Shown here in pieces: positions 38,545-40,252 of a DNA stretch of 40,252 nucleotides; within the stretch, counting starts at the first letter, position 1, and each line of letters opens with the position of its first letter. The position numbers were made by a program, and so were the translations under genes. Below the pieces are notes generated by a model. That model did no database searches, was not told the origin of the DNA, and worked only from the letters and a program-made list of their open reading frames with translations. This DNA is from Candidatus Nezhaarchaeota archaeon WYZ-LMO8 (GTDB taxonomy: Archaea; Thermoproteota; Methanomethylicia; Nezhaarchaeales; WYZ-LMO8): positions 1-40,252 of the forward strand of contig QNVF01000006.1 of NCBI GenBank assembly GCA_004347965.1, given 5' to 3'.

Positions 38545-38675
38545 TTTGCGCGATATGCAGAGCTAGAGTAGCTCAAATGGTCTGTAGAAGGTGCTCAAGG
38601 CATATCTGCCAACAATGTCATGCAGGGCACGGTCTCTGTACACTTTGCAAGCGAGAGCTGCCGAGAGCAACTTAA
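38541..38675 (+). CDS. 44-aa Cys-rich zinc-finger microprotein
   Basis: [44 protein letters not shown]; four CxxC motifs; ATGA overlap with the thi4 stop; below the ORF-track cutoff. Confidence 0.75.
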   Translation: MICAICRARVAQMVCRRCSRHICQQCHAGHGLCTLCKRELPRAT

Positions 38676-38713
38676 GCCTTTTTGCTTTTTAGAGTACTTA
38701 TTTGTGAGAGAAC

Positions 38714-39466
38714 TTGAATGACGAGATTCTTAAGCTACCTATAGTTAAGAAGAACGAAGTTGAGATATCCAAGATACTTGTTGGGACATCACCCTTCATA
38801 GCTGCAGGTCAATTCGAGAAAAGCTACTTATACTATCTCGAGTTCGTGATGAAGAGAGGTGAAGTGGCTAAGATATTGTCCTGGTGCTTAAATAATGGAT
38901 TCACTTGGATTCAGGCTATTGACGTAAGCTTCCTAGCAAGCGAAATAGGCATAGCTTATGAGCATGCTAGTCAACCTCCCATAATAGTCCTTAGTACGTG
39001 GGACAAACCTAATAGAGCTATTGAGAGGTTCAAGAAGTTCGACGTGAAAATTGTTTTGGCTCATGCATCAGTAGTCGATCACCTTGATGTCCCTCTAATT
39101 AAAAAGTTTCTAGCTCAAGTTAGAGAATTGGGATTTACTCCTGGAATTGCAACCCATACACCTAACAAGACCCTACATAAGCTGAAGCATGTTGATGAGA
39201 TAAGGGTCGTAATGGTGCCTTTAAATTATGCAGGGCTATTTAATGAGGACGTTGATGAAACCCTTGAAATTTTGAAAGAGATGAACGTTGTCGTAATAGC
39301 TAAGAAGGTTCTTGGAGCTGGAAGGCTACCGGTAGAAAGATCTCTTCTATGGGCTCTCAGTAGACCTGAGATAGACTCTATTGCTTTAGGAGTAGCTTCA
39401 CTTAGCGAAGCGGAATACACATTGCTCTTAGCTCGTCAGCTAGCTTGTAGAGCTAGCGTTAACTGA
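38714..39466 (+). CDS. Aldo/keto-reductase-like TIM-barrel protein
   Basis: ISKILVGTSPF, PGIATH, MVPLNYAG, VIAKKVLGAGRL and ALGVAS motifs. Confidence 0.6.
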   Translation: MNDEILKLPIVKKNEVEISKILVGTSPFIAAGQFEKSYLYYLEFVMKRGEVAKILSWCLNNGFTWIQAIDVSFLASEIGIAYEHASQPPIIVLSTWDKPNRAIERFKKFDVKIVLAHASVVDHLDVPLIKKFLAQVRELGFTPGIATHTPNKTLHKLKHVDEIRVVMVPLNYAGLFNEDVDETLEILKEMNVVVIAKKVLGAGRLPVERSLLWALSRPEIDSIALGVASLSEAEYTLLLARQLACRASVN

Positions 39467-40099
39467 CTTAGACTGTTCCAATGCTAAGCTCCATGCAGCC
39501 ATTAACGCGCCTCTTTCAGCCATTGAGTATTGGTCTGCGATACCTATCAGAATAGCGTCTCCTTCTTGAGGCTTAATAGCATCAAAGATGTACTTTGAGA
39601 CGTCAGGCCATCTAGCCATGACGTCATCCTCCACGGTCGGTATGGCTAGCTTCCCTTTAACTAGGAGCATGGTTATCAAGGCCTTTGCCCCCCTTCTAAC
39701 TGCTTCGTCTCTAAGCTTGATGACGTCAACTCTGGGTGGAGCACCTTTAACTAGAACTCCAACGCCAACACCACTGATACCGAAGCTCTCTACGGGAACT
39801 CTAGTTATACATGAGATCTTAGAGACAATGACATCAGCTACATCTCGCCCACTAGGTGTTAAAGAGCACCCCTTCCTTGATTCCTCTATTAAGCCCATGG
39901 ACTTCATTCTTGTGATTAAAGTCCTAGTAGATCCCTCACCTAACATCAAGATCTTAGACAGCCTGGTTCTTCCGATGGATCCCTCCTTGAGCAAGGTCAT
40001 TAATAGCTTAATCACGTGATACTCATCGAACTTAGGTGAAGGACCAATAGCACTAGATGTGAGCGTCTCAATGATACTTACAACCTTACTTAACATCAT
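39440..40099 (-). CDS. Winged-HTH + DUF4443-like protein
   Basis: IGRTRLSKILMLGEGSTRTLI HTH; LRDEAVRRGA and EGDAILI motifs. Confidence 0.75.
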   Translation of the reverse strand: MMLSKVVSIIETLTSSAIGPSPKFDEYHVIKLLMTLLKEGSIGRTRLSKILMLGEGSTRTLITRMKSMGLIEESRKGCSLTPSGRDVADVIVSKISCITRVPVESFGISGVGVGVLVKGAPPRVDVIKLRDEAVRRGAKALITMLLVKGKLAIPTVEDDVMARWPDVSKYIFDAIKPQEGDAILIGIADQYSMAERGALMAAWSLALEQSKSVNASSTS

Positions 40100-40157
40100 A
40101 AGTGTCTCACGTAGTTTCTCTCACTGTAATTTTTATACGTTGAATAAGCTCTTTAGC

Positions 40158-40252
40158 TTAATGGTTGCTTCTACGGTTTAAGCATTGCCCACCATAGTGC
40201 TTTGAGTAGTACTCGTTTACATCCACATAACATCCACAATAAGGGCAAAGCA
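40158..40252 (-). CDS. C-terminus of a protein with a CxxC...H...C zinc finger (partial)
   Basis: ...LCPYCGCYVDVNEYYSKHYGGQCLNRRSNH*, open to the window edge. Confidence 0.45.
   Translation of the reverse strand, partial: LCPYCGCYVDVNEYYSKHYGGQCLNRRSNH

Noticed and set aside
1964..40019. Numerous 60-143 aa ORFs antisense to or overlapping assigned genes (e.g. 1964..2311, 2472..2789, 7176..7523, 25214..25603, 29818..30192, 39588..40019)
   Set aside because: Shadow ORFs: Ser/Thr/Ile/Pro-rich antisense translations of well-supported genes, with no motifs
1..40252. CRISPR array, tRNA or rRNA genes
   Set aside because: No regularly spaced direct repeats and no GC-rich cloverleaf or rRNA-like segment seen in any intergenic region

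Overview
Archaeal chromosomal window, gene-dense, with about 40 CDSs. Gene content and the methanogenesis marker 8 and 16 homologues suggest an anaerobic, probably thermophilic Thermoproteota lineage with methane metabolism (Nezhaarchaeales/Methanomethylicia-like; inference only). It contains: a sulfur-assimilation-type cluster (aminotransferase, DUF39/marker 16, UPF0280, sulfonate-type ABC transporter, HTH regulator); hmgA; a VapBC module; nth; DUF131 membrane genes; a decayed IS200/IS605 tnpB; trm14; an AT-rich island with an FAD oxidoreductase; cysS; a LutA/LutB-like pair; an ATP-dependent DNA ligase preceded by an unusual primase-polymerase (AEP) fusion gene; a frameshifted paaK-like gene; ala; a creatininase; a divergent ThyA; a DUF6114/DUF6230-like pair; and a thiamine locus (HTH-substrate-binding-domain regulator, sodium:solute symporter, His-type thi4). 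I found no rRNA, tRNA or CRISPR array. The best leads are the AEP-fusion/ligase pair, a membrane-anchored GINS B-domain protein, the HTH-SBP regulator with a palindromic candidate operator at the thiamine locus, and a ThyA lacking the phosphate-binding RR pair. All family calls come from motif recognition by eye, not from database searches.
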